Position numbers and translations under genes: made by a program. Of a stretch of DNA of 64,000 nucleotides, positions 52,819 to 64,000 are shown in pieces; the first letter of the stretch is position 1; each line of letters opens with the position of its first letter. The DNA is from Brevundimonas sp. (lineage in GTDB: Bacteria > Pseudomonadota > Alphaproteobacteria > Caulobacterales > Caulobacteraceae): contig NZ_JAIYCP010000021.1 of NCBI RefSeq assembly GCF_027487935.1, forward strand, positions 63,271-127,270, in the 5' to 3' direction. The notes under the pieces were generated by a model. It saw only the letters and a program-made list of their open reading frames with translations. It ran no database searches and had not been told where the DNA came from.

Positions 52819-53229
52819 CTAGAGCAGGTCGCGCAACCAGGCGACCAGCGGTTCGTCGGCCGGTGGCATGGGATAGTCCGAAAGCTGGTTCGGCCTGACC
52901 CACTTCAGCGCCGCGTGCTCGCGGTTCTGCACCACCCCCGACCAACGTCGGCAGAGATACAATGGCATCAAGAGGTGAAACGAATCGTAAGCGTGGCTCG
53001 CAAAAACGAACGGGGCCAGGCAGGCCTCGCTGACATCTATTCCGAGTTCTTCCTGCAATTCGCGGATCAGGGCCTGTTCGGGCCGCTCGCCCGGCTCGAC
53101 CTTGCCGCCGGGAAACTCCCACAGCCCGGCCAATTTCTTGCCCTCGGGCCGCTGGGCGATCAGGACGCGGCCGTCGGCATCGATCAGGGCCACGGCGACG
53201 ACGAGGACGGTGGGCAATGCGCCGTTCAC
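52819..53229 (-). CDS. mutT: 8-oxo-dGTP diphosphatase
   Basis: Nudix box WEFPGGKVEPGERPEQALIRELQEELG. Confidence 0.92.
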   Translation of the reverse strand: MNGALPTVLVVAVALIDADGRVLIAQRPEGKKLAGLWEFPGGKVEPGERPEQALIRELQEELGIDVSEACLAPFVFASHAYDSFHLLMPLYLCRRWSGVVQNREHAALKWVRPNQLSDYPMPPADEPLVAWLRDLL

Positions 53230-54617
53230 GAACGATAGTCGCCGTTGATCTCGACGTACCGCTTGGTCAGGTCGCAGGTCCAGACCGTCGCCGAGGCGCG
53301 GCCCCAGCCGACGTCGACGGTGATGTCGATCTCGGCGTTCTTCATATAGGCGCTCATCTTCGCCTCGTCGTAGTTGGGCGCGGGGGCACCGTCGATGGCG
53401 GCGACATGGGGGCCGAAACGGATGGCGAGGCTGTCGCGGTCGACCGGCTCCTCGGTCTTGCCGACGGCCATGACGACCCGGCCCCAGTTGGCGTCCTCAC
53501 CGGCCAGGGCGGTCTTGACCAGGGGGCTGTCGGCGATCGACTTGGCCAGTTTGCGGGCCGAGGCGGGGCTGGCGGCGCCGTCGACCGTGACCTTGACGAA
53601 TTTGGTCGCCCCTTCGCCGTCGCGGACCAGCTGGTGGGCGAGGTCGAGCATGACCTTTTCCAGGGCCGCCGAGAAATCCTTCAGCCGGCGGTCGCCGACC
53701 CGGCCGATACGCGGGGCACCGCTCGCGCCCGTGGCGAACAGCAGGCAGGTGTCATTGGTCGAGGTATCGCCGTCGACGGTGACACTGTTGAAGGTGGTGC
53801 GGACATGCAGGCCCAGCAGGGCGCGGAGCACCGGCGGGGCGATGGTTGCGTCGGTGACGATGAAGCCCAGCATGGTGGCCATGTCGGGGGCGATCATGCC
53901 CGACCCCTTGGCGATGCCGGCGATGCGGACCTTGCGGCCCTCGATCTCGCACTCGGCATAGGACCCCTTGGGGAAGGTGTCGGTGGTCATGATGGCCCGG
54001 CCGGCGAGGGCCCAGTTTTCGGCGTCCAGCCCCGCCTCGATGTCCGGCATGCGGGCGACGATCTTGCGGTCGTCCAGCACAACGCCGATCACTCCGGTCG
54101 AGGCCAGCATGACGTCGCGCTGGCGGCAGCCGAAGCGTTTGGCGACCTCCGAGGCCGTGCGACGGGCCGCATCGGCCCCGGCCTTGCCGGTAAAGGCATT
54201 GGCGCAGCCGGCATTGACCACCAGGGCCCGCACATCCTGCCCGCCCTCGGCCGCGTCCAGCTGCCGCTTGCACCAGTCGACCGGTGCAGAGCCGACCTTG
54301 TGACGGGTGAAGACGCCGGCGCAGGTGGTGCCCCGCACGAAGCTGAACACCACCAGATCGTCGCGCTCGTGTTTGTAAAAGCCGGCCCGTGCGGTAGCGA
54401 TCTCGACCCCGCCGATGGGCGGAATGGTCGGGAAGGGCACGGCGAGGGGCGAAATCTCGAGCCCCGGCTTGCCCGGTACGGCCCCCGCCAGTGACCTTGC
54501 CGGTGCCGGAGTCGTGGCGCGTTTCAGGGCCGTCGCCAGGGGGTCGAAGGCCTTTTCGATGGCCTGTTCGATCTTCTGGCCGGTGGAGGCGCGGCCGGCC
54601 CTGGGCGGGCGGCTCAT
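53226..54617 (-). CDS. argJ: Bifunctional ornithine acetyltransferase / N-acetylglutamate synthase
   Basis: NAGCANA, IMTTDT, KGSGMIAPDMATML, DGDTSTND, NWGRV. Confidence 0.96.
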   Translation of the reverse strand: MSRPPRAGRASTGQKIEQAIEKAFDPLATALKRATTPAPARSLAGAVPGKPGLEISPLAVPFPTIPPIGGVEIATARAGFYKHERDDLVVFSFVRGTTCAGVFTRHKVGSAPVDWCKRQLDAAEGGQDVRALVVNAGCANAFTGKAGADAARRTASEVAKRFGCRQRDVMLASTGVIGVVLDDRKIVARMPDIEAGLDAENWALAGRAIMTTDTFPKGSYAECEIEGRKVRIAGIAKGSGMIAPDMATMLGFIVTDATIAPPVLRALLGLHVRTTFNSVTVDGDTSTNDTCLLFATGASGAPRIGRVGDRRLKDFSAALEKVMLDLAHQLVRDGEGATKFVKVTVDGAASPASARKLAKSIADSPLVKTALAGEDANWGRVVMAVGKTEEPVDRDSLAIRFGPHVAAIDGAPAPNYDEAKMSAYMKNAEIDITVDVGWGRASATVWTCDLTKRYVEINGDYRS

Positions 54618-55576
54618 GACGCCTTCCCGGGCGCGGGGGCCGCGGCGGCGGCCGGCCGGGCCGGTGCAGCGGGGGTTCCGACGGACGATGCGGACGGGCG
54701 CGGTGCCGAGGCCGGCTCCTGCGAACGGGGCGTATCATCGGGCAGAAGCACCTCGACCTCGGCCTTGCCGCGCAGTTCCTCCAGCAACTGGCGCACGCCC
54801 TCATAGGTCAGGTAGCGGACGATCTGGGGCCGGGCCTGCTCCAGCGTCGGCGGCGTTTCGCGACGGCGGTCCTCGACCCGCAGCACGGCCCAGCCGCCCT
54901 CGGTCTGGAACGGACCGACGGTCGAGCCGGCGGGGCGGTCGCGCAGGGCGTTCTTGTAGGCCTCGGGCATGACGTCGATGGTCCGGTAGCCGAGGTCGCC
55001 GCCGGAATAGCGGGTGGCGTCGTCGATCGAGCTTTCGGCGGCCACGGCCTCGAAGGCGGCGCCCTGGGCCAGAATGCCGATCACGGCGTCGGCCTCGGGC
55101 CTGGTCCGCGACAGGATCAGGCGGACGCGGATTTCCTCGGACGTCTCCGCGAGGCGCACCTGTTCCTGATAGATGGTCTCCACCGCGCGGTCCGAGATGG
55201 AGCCGTTGACCACGGTCTCGACCAGCATGTCGCCGAGGATACGCTCCCGCGTCGCCTCCAGCCGGCGCTGGGCGAGGGCGGAGTTGTCGAGGCCACGCCG
55301 CTCGGCCTCGCGGGCCAGCAGCTTCTGGTCGATGACCTCGTCCAGCACCCGACGGAACAGATCGGAGGTCACGTCCAGCGGCTCGCCCTCACCGACCAGA
55401 CCCTGGGCCACCGCCTCGCGCTTGACGTCGGACGCCCAGATGGTCTGGCCCTGGACCTCGGCCACGGACCGGTCACCCGGCTCGGGCGCGCGGTCGGAGC
55501 CGCCGTCGCGACCACACGCCGAAAGGGCCAGAAACGCCGCAAGAAGGACGGGAACGAAGGGGCTTGAAAGCCGCAT
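54614..55576 (-). CDS. Parvulin (PpiC-type) peptidyl-prolyl isomerase lipoprotein
   Basis: Lipobox LSAC, AFEAVAAESSID, GGDLG, PFQTEGGW. Confidence 0.88.
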   Translation of the reverse strand: MRLSSPFVPVLLAAFLALSACGRDGGSDRAPEPGDRSVAEVQGQTIWASDVKREAVAQGLVGEGEPLDVTSDLFRRVLDEVIDQKLLAREAERRGLDNSALAQRRLEATRERILGDMLVETVVNGSISDRAVETIYQEQVRLAETSEEIRVRLILSRTRPEADAVIGILAQGAAFEAVAAESSIDDATRYSGGDLGYRTIDVMPEAYKNALRDRPAGSTVGPFQTEGGWAVLRVEDRRRETPPTLEQARPQIVRYLTYEGVRQLLEELRGKAEVEVLLPDDTPRSQEPASAPRPSASSVGTPAAPARPAAAAAPAPGKAS

Positions 55577-55615
55577 TTGGGCGCGCTCCGTCACAGGGCG
55601 GCAAAGCCCCTCGCG

Positions 55616-55644
55616 TTGACAGGGATAAGGTCGGTGCTTAAGTC
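55616..55644 (+). promoter_or_regulatory. Possible housekeeping-sigma promoter of secA
   Basis: TTGACA at 55616, GCTTAAGTC -10-like element, about 180 nt before ATG. Confidence 0.4.
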
Positions 55645-55818
55645 CCGCCTGCGCCCAAGTCGAGGGGTTTTCGAACGACCGCGCGGCCCTCGCGCGCGCC
55701 TGAGTCAGGCGCATCGGGTCGTCGTCGCCGGTGCCCCTCCCCGCCGCGCAGTCGTCGCCGTTCCTTCGGGACCTTTCAGTACCAGAGCCCCTGTGGCTCG
55801 CCCGCCTTCGGATCATCC

Positions 55819-58713
<2,895 letters not shown>

Positions 58714-58721
58714 GTCGGCGG

Positions 58722-59891
58722 ATGGCCGGTTCGCACAAGGACCTCTTCTCCCGCGCCCTGTCGCTGGACCCGGAGCGACTGCATTTCGCGGCCCACAGCC
58801 ATCATCTGTGGCCGGACGCCAGCTTCGACGGCCAGATGCGGGCCTGGGTCGAGGCCAACCGGTTCGCCGACCGGAAATGGGACCTGATCTTCGGTGAGGT
58901 GATCCCCGAGGCACAGGCCCATGTGGCCAGGGAGTTGAACCTGCCCTCGCCCGACACGGTAGTGTTCGCGCCCAATACCCATGACCTTCTGCTGCGGATC
59001 GTGTCAGGCGTGGAGCGCAAGCCGGTCCGCATCCTGTCAACCGACGGGGAGTTCCATTCGTTCCGGCGTCAGGGCGAGCGTTGGGAAGAGGCCGGCGAGG
59101 CGGTCATCACCCGTGTGCCCCTGCATCCTTTCGGGACCTTTGACGACCGGTTCATCGAAGCCGCGAGCGGGGGCGGCTTCGATCTGATTCTCGTCAGCCA
59201 GGTCTTCTTCCGCACCGGCCAGACCTTCGGACGGATCGCCGATCTGGCGGCCCTGGCCGACCCGGCGGGGCCGTGGGTGGTGATCGACGGCTATCACGGC
59301 TTCATGGCCACGCCGACGGATCTCTCGGCCGTTGCGGACCGGATCTTCTATGTCTCGGGCGGCTACAAATACGCCATGTCGGGAGAGGGTGTCTGTTTCC
59401 TGCATGCGCCGGACGGCTATTGCCCGCGGCCGGTGGTGACCGGCTGGTTCGCCGAGTTCGGGGATCTGTCAGGGCCGCCGGGCGGGGTGCAATACCGCAG
59501 CGACGGCGGCCGCTTCTGGGGCGCGACCTTCGACGTCTCGCCCCTGTACCGGTTCAACGCCGTGCGGCGGAGGCTGGACGAGGCCGGCCTGGGCACCGCC
59601 GACGTCAGTACCCATGCCCACGCCCTGATGGCCCGGTTCCAGTCTGCGGTCGGGAACGGGGAGGTCGGGCGGCTGGCGGCGGCCGAGCTGATCAACCCGT
59701 TGACGGGCGAGGCCCGACGCGCGCGCTTCCTGGCCTTTCGGCATGAGGATGCATCGGCCTGGCAGTCGGCGCTGCTGGACGCAGGCGTGGTCACCGATGT
59801 GCGGGACGACGTGATCCGCTTCGGCTTCGGCCTGTATCAGGACGCGGACGATGTCGAACGGCTGATCGCCGCCTGCCAACGCGTGCTCTGA
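58722..59891 (+). CDS. PLP-dependent class V aminotransferase, kynureninase-like
   Basis: AAHSHH, VIDGYH, GGYKY (PLP Lys), GWFA. Confidence 0.75.
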   Translation: MAGSHKDLFSRALSLDPERLHFAAHSHHLWPDASFDGQMRAWVEANRFADRKWDLIFGEVIPEAQAHVARELNLPSPDTVVFAPNTHDLLLRIVSGVERKPVRILSTDGEFHSFRRQGERWEEAGEAVITRVPLHPFGTFDDRFIEAASGGGFDLILVSQVFFRTGQTFGRIADLAALADPAGPWVVIDGYHGFMATPTDLSAVADRIFYVSGGYKYAMSGEGVCFLHAPDGYCPRPVVTGWFAEFGDLSGPPGGVQYRSDGGRFWGATFDVSPLYRFNAVRRRLDEAGLGTADVSTHAHALMARFQSAVGNGEVGRLAAAELINPLTGEARRARFLAFRHEDASAWQSALLDAGVVTDVRDDVIRFGFGLYQDADDVERLIAACQRVL

Positions 59892-59904
59892 TCCCCCCGT
59901 CCGG

Positions 59905-60768
59905 CTAGAAGAAGGTCGTGTCTTCCGCCTGTTTCGCCTCGGGTGCCTTGCGCGGGGCGGGGCTTGAAGCGGGGGCCGGCGCGGATGGGGCACCCGGCGC
60001 GGTGCCGTCCGCCGGGGGGAAGGGGGCCAGGTCCGGATAGGGCAGGCTTTCGGAAACCCCGTCGCCCGGGACGGCCTGGGCTCCCGAAGGGTCGACCGGT
60101 CCCACATCCGACGGATCGATCCGGTCAGGCGCGTCCAGATCGTCGCGGATGAAGACCCAGGAGCGGCGGTCGGAACAGGCGCAGGCCTTCATGAAGCCCT
60201 CCCGGTCGCGCCAGATGATCAGCGGATAGCGCGTCGACAGGCCCGCTTCCTGCAGGTCGGCAGACAGACGGGCGACAAAATCCCGCCCGGCCTCGACCAC
60301 GGCCCCGCGTGCCAGATTGCCGTCAGCGGCGGGAATGCCCGCGGCCGTCCAGTTGCGCACCGGGGTCGCGGTCCAGCGCTGGTACAGGGTCCAGTCGCGG
60401 GTCAGCCAGAGCTCGGCGATGGTGGCGCGCTCGGCGGCGGTCGACTGGGCCAGGCCCTCGCGGTCGGGGCGGGCGAACAGGATGGTGCGGGCCTCGACGC
60501 CCGCGGCGCGCAGCTTGGGAATCTCCTCGCGCTCGTAGCGGGCCATGGCCACCGAGTCGCGATAGCCGATGATGTAGAGCGGCTCGCCGCCGCCGCCCGC
60601 CGAGACCCAGGACGCCTCATCCAGCAGGCGCTGGATTTCGGCCTGGTTACGGGTCACCGTGACGGGCTGGAACCGGGCGTAGTAGTTCCAGTAGGCCCAG
60701 TAGGCACCGCCCGCGAGCGCGAGGCCGATGACGACGGCCAGGGCCGACCAGATGAAAAAGCGACGCAT
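59905..60768 (-). CDS. Hypothetical membrane-anchored protein
   Basis: N-terminal TM, host-like codon usage, Pro/Ala-rich tail. Confidence 0.75.
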   Translation of the reverse strand: MRRFFIWSALAVVIGLALAGGAYWAYWNYYARFQPVTVTRNQAEIQRLLDEASWVSAGGGGEPLYIIGYRDSVAMARYEREEIPKLRAAGVEARTILFARPDREGLAQSTAAERATIAELWLTRDWTLYQRWTATPVRNWTAAGIPAADGNLARGAVVEAGRDFVARLSADLQEAGLSTRYPLIIWRDREGFMKACACSDRRSWVFIRDDLDAPDRIDPSDVGPVDPSGAQAVPGDGVSESLPYPDLAPFPPADGTAPGAPSAPAPASSPAPRKAPEAKQAEDTTFF

Positions 60769-60854
60769 GGGGGGAGGCGCTCCAGCTTCACGGTTCGCAG
60801 AGGTTAACGCCTAGCATCGAATCGGGTTGTCGCGCACGCCTGTGAGGCGAGCCG

Positions 60855-62357
60855 TCACCCCATCGTCGGGATGACGAAGCTCGAATCCGCATGTTCCAGC
60901 GCGCTGTCGGGCCACCGCGCCGTGACCGTCTTGACCTTGGTCCAGAATTTCACGCCCTCCATGCCGTGCTGGTTGGTGTCGCCGAAGGCCGAGCGCTTCC
61001 AGCCGCCGAAGGTGTGATAGGCGACCGGCACCGGGATCGGGACATTGATCCCGACCATGCCGACATTGACGCGGGCAGCGAAGTCGCGGGCCGCGCGGCC
61101 GTTCTGGGTGAAGATGGCGACGCCGTTGCCGTACTGGTGCTTCGACGGCAGGGACAGGGCCTCCTCGAAGCTGGCGGCGCGGACGATCTGCAGCACCGGG
61201 CCGAAGATCTCTTCCTTGTAGGATTCCATCTCCGGGGTGACGTGGTCGAACAGCGACGGGCCGATGAAATAGCCCTTCTCGTGGCCCTGCAGCGAGAAGC
61301 CACGGCCGTCGACCACCAGTTCGGCGCCCTCGCGCACCCCGGTCTCGATCCAGCCCTCGACGCGGGCCTTGTGCTGGGCGGTGACGACGGGGCCGTAGTG
61401 GGCACCGGCGTCGGTCGAGGTGCCGACCCGCATCGTCGGGATTTCGGCGACCATCCGTTCACGGAGTTCATCCGCGGTCTTCTTGCCGACCGGAACCACG
61501 ACCGGCAGGGCCATGCAGCGCTCGCCGGCCGAGCCATAGGCCGCGCCGGACAGGTCCTTGATGACCTGGTCCATGTCGGCGTCGGGCAGGACGATGCCGT
61601 GGTTCTTGGCCCCACCCATGGCCTGGACGCGTTTCCCGTGGGTCGCGCCGGTCTGGTAGACATAGTTGGCGATGTCGGACGAGCCGACGAAGCTGACGGC
61701 GTGGATCTGCGGATGGGTCAGGATGGCGTCGACCGCCGCCTTGTCGCCATGGACGACGTTGAGGACGCCGGCGGGCGCTCCGGCTTCCATCATCAGCTCG
61801 GCCAGACGGACCGGCACCGACGGGTCACGCTCGGAGGGCTTGAGGATGAAGGTATTGCCGACGGCGATGGCGACGCCGAACATCCACATCGGGATCATGG
61901 CCGGGAAGTTGAACGGGGTGATGCCCGAAACCACGCCCAGCGGCTGGCGCATCGAATAGACGTCGATGCCGGGACCGGCACCCCAGGTGTATTCGCCCTT
62001 CAGGGCATGGGGGATGCCGCAGGCGAATTCGATGACTTCCAGACCGCGCTGGATGTCACCTTTTGAGTCGGCGATGACCTTGCCGTGCTCGGCCGACAGC
62101 AGTTCGGCCAGCTGATCCATATTGGCCTCGACGAGGCGTTTGAACTCGAACATCACCCGCGCGCGGCGCTGGGGATTGGTCGAGGACCAGCCTTCGAAGG
62201 CGGCCTGGGCGGCCTGGACGGCGCGATCCATCTCGGCGACCGAAGCCAGCTGGACGCGGGCCTGGACCTCGCCCGTGTTGGGGTTGAACACGTCCGAGAA
62301 GCGGCCCGAGGCACCGGTGAAGGACGCGCCGTCGATGAAATGGTGGATGTCGCGCAT
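60855..62357 (-). CDS. mmsA: CoA-acylating methylmalonate-semialdehyde dehydrogenase
   Basis: ITPFNFPAMIP, LKPSERDP, MGGAKNH, AGERCMA, EEIFGPV. Confidence 0.95.
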   Translation of the reverse strand: MRDIHHFIDGASFTGASGRFSDVFNPNTGEVQARVQLASVAEMDRAVQAAQAAFEGWSSTNPQRRARVMFEFKRLVEANMDQLAELLSAEHGKVIADSKGDIQRGLEVIEFACGIPHALKGEYTWGAGPGIDVYSMRQPLGVVSGITPFNFPAMIPMWMFGVAIAVGNTFILKPSERDPSVPVRLAELMMEAGAPAGVLNVVHGDKAAVDAILTHPQIHAVSFVGSSDIANYVYQTGATHGKRVQAMGGAKNHGIVLPDADMDQVIKDLSGAAYGSAGERCMALPVVVPVGKKTADELRERMVAEIPTMRVGTSTDAGAHYGPVVTAQHKARVEGWIETGVREGAELVVDGRGFSLQGHEKGYFIGPSLFDHVTPEMESYKEEIFGPVLQIVRAASFEEALSLPSKHQYGNGVAIFTQNGRAARDFAARVNVGMVGINVPIPVPVAYHTFGGWKRSAFGDTNQHGMEGVKFWTKVKTVTARWPDSALEHADSSFVIPTMG

Positions 62358-62440
62358 GATCGGAAAGGGTCCTGGAGAACGAAACAGTCGGGTCGGATGG
62401 GCAGCGGTTTAGCCCCTGGCCCGCCCCTGCGCCAGCGTCT

Positions 62441-63331
62441 CTAGACCGCCGCCTCGAACAGGGCGTCGCGGGCGATGTCGGCCTGGAGCATGGGGAAGAA
62501 ATGGGTGCCGCCGGGCACCGTCCCGACGGTGAGATGCGGCAGTCGACGCCGGTCTTCGGACATTCGGCAGGGCGAGCCGGTTTCGGCCTTCAACACGCTG
62601 ACCGGACAGTCGAGGCGTTTCAGGGCCTGCCAGGGATCGTGGCTCTGGGCGGCGAAATTGGAGGCCTCCCATTCGGGATCGCAGGCCAGGGTGAATCCCT
62701 CGGGCGTCTCGACCAGGCCATCGGCGATATAGTCGGCCAGCATCATCTCGGGCCAGCCACGGAAGGCCCCGCGGCCCAGCCAGGCGGCCATGGCCTGCTG
62801 CCGACTGTCGAAGACCTTGCGGCGGCGCAGGGCGTTCCGGGCCAGCGGAATGCGCGAGCCGAGCCGGTCCAGCAGTGGCAGTTGGAAGGCAGCGACGACC
62901 CAGCGACGCCAGACCACCGGGTCAAACAGGACGAGACTGCCGACCCGGTCCGGGCGTTCGGCCGCGGCCAGCAGGGCCGCCGTGCCGCCCATGGAATGGC
63001 CTGCGAGCACCACGGGCGGCCCTTCGATCGTATCCAGAAGGGCGACGAGATCGTCGCGGTGATCGTGCCAGTTGCGCCGGCCACGCGGTTCGGCCGGAAG
63101 CGAGGCCCCGCCGTGGCCTCGCAAGTCCGGGGCCCAGATCCTCAGGGACCCGGACAGGGGGGCCAGCAGGGTGCGGTAGGTCAGGGCGTTAAAGCCGTTG
63201 GCATGGACGAAGACCAGATCGACCGGCCGCTTCGGATCGCCGAAGTCGAGCAGGCTCATCCTGCCCTCGCCCCAACGGTTCGACACCGGCAGGCTCAGAC
63301 GGCGGGGCGGGGAGAGCCGGATCGCATCCAT
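62441..63331 (-). CDS. Alpha/beta hydrolase
   Basis: FVHANGF, PDLRGHG, GHSMG nucleophile elbow, GGTHFFP; ATG 63331 chosen. Confidence 0.9.
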   Translation of the reverse strand: MDAIRLSPPRRLSLPVSNRWGEGRMSLLDFGDPKRPVDLVFVHANGFNALTYRTLLAPLSGSLRIWAPDLRGHGGASLPAEPRGRRNWHDHRDDLVALLDTIEGPPVVLAGHSMGGTAALLAAAERPDRVGSLVLFDPVVWRRWVVAAFQLPLLDRLGSRIPLARNALRRRKVFDSRQQAMAAWLGRGAFRGWPEMMLADYIADGLVETPEGFTLACDPEWEASNFAAQSHDPWQALKRLDCPVSVLKAETGSPCRMSEDRRRLPHLTVGTVPGGTHFFPMLQADIARDALFEAAV

Positions 63332-63389
63332 GGGGCCGAGATAGTCTTCGCGTCCGGGGATTGCCAGAGGGCCGGGGCCGGGGTTCAGA

Positions 63390-63866
63390 CTACCGGCAGG
63401 CCGGGCAGCGACCGTGGGCTTCGATGGTGGTGCGGGCGATGGCATAGCCGGCGACCTCAGCGGCCCGGGCCAGATCACCGGCCACCGGCGCCGACACCTC
63501 TGCGGTCGCGCCACAGCAGTCGCAGATCAGGAAGGCGGCGGCGTGGTCGATCGCACCCGAGGTGCAGGCGACATAGGCACTGATCGAGGCGATGCGGTGG
63601 GCGAGGCCCTTGCGTTCGAGGAACTCCAGCGCGCGATAGACCGTGGGCGGCTTGGCCGGCTGACCGTCCTCGCCGAAGCGGGCGATCAGGTCATAGGCCT
63701 TCACCGGTTCACCGGCGGCCAGCAGAAGCTCCAGCACCCGCAGGCGCGACGGCGTCATCCGCTCGCCCTCGGCCGTCAGACGCCGGTCGGCGTCCTGCAT
63801 GGCGCGGGCGACATCAGCGGCCCCCGGGGGGGCGTCGGCATGGTGGTGACCGCAGGCTTCGCTCAT
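63390..63866 (-). CDS. zur: Fur-family regulator, Zur type
   Basis: KAYDLI, PPTVYRALEFL, FLICDCCG, HGRCPAC, His-rich N-terminus; Zur box upstream. Confidence 0.8.
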   Translation of the reverse strand: MSEACGHHHADAPPGAADVARAMQDADRRLTAEGERMTPSRLRVLELLLAAGEPVKAYDLIARFGEDGQPAKPPTVYRALEFLERKGLAHRIASISAYVACTSGAIDHAAAFLICDCCGATAEVSAPVAGDLARAAEVAGYAIARTTIEAHGRCPACR

Positions 63867-63925
63867 GCCCCTGAGCTAGGCCTTCAGAGGCGGTCTCGCA
63901 ACAGCCGCCGCTTGACGAGTCGTGA

Positions 63926-63940
63926 TGTTATCTCATAACA
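63926..63940. promoter_or_regulatory. Zur box overlapping a probable promoter
   Basis: Perfect TGTTAT-ctc-ATAACA; TTGACG at 63912-63917 places the -10 region inside the box. Confidence 0.8.
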
Positions 63941-63971
63941 CCACATCTTCGTGTTCGTCCGGATGGTCCCC

Positions 63972-64000
63972 ATGAGTCTCGCTGTCGTGTCCCGCACCGC
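63972..64000 (+). CDS. 5' fragment of a gene divergent from zur
   Basis: ATG AGT CTC GCT GTC GTG TCC CGC ACC, open to the window end; too short to assign. Confidence 0.4.

Overview
High-GC alphaproteobacterial chromosome segment. Gene order and protein sequences point to Caulobacteraceae, probably Brevundimonas (inference). It is mostly housekeeping genes: a truncated glutaryl-CoA dehydrogenase, sucC-sucD-sucA-sucB, clpB, prfA-prmC, ispG-rodZ-ptsP-lysC/ubiG, the secA-parvulin-argJ-mutT-Flp-comF-grxC block, mmsA and zur. Accessory material is interleaved, mainly at about 11-35 kb: two TonB-dependent receptors, a LytTR/carotenoid oxygenase/DUF2141/DUF2306 module, a rhomboid gene and a GIY-YIG gene between two shortened TolQ/ExbB-like membrane genes, and a tandem pair of membrane-anchored TPR genes with constant ends and divergent middles. 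There are two type II toxin-antitoxin modules (VapBC; PaaA2-ParE2-like, whose antitoxin is missing from the ORF track). Several non-coding repeat families are visible: CGTC-type REP/REPIN palindromes beside the GIY-YIG gene, a 197-bp element with 46-bp terminal inverted repeats, and an inverted heptamer array able to form a G-quadruplex or a hairpin. No rRNA, tRNA, CRISPR array, integrase or transposase was recognised. All family assignments come from motif recognition by eye, not database searches.
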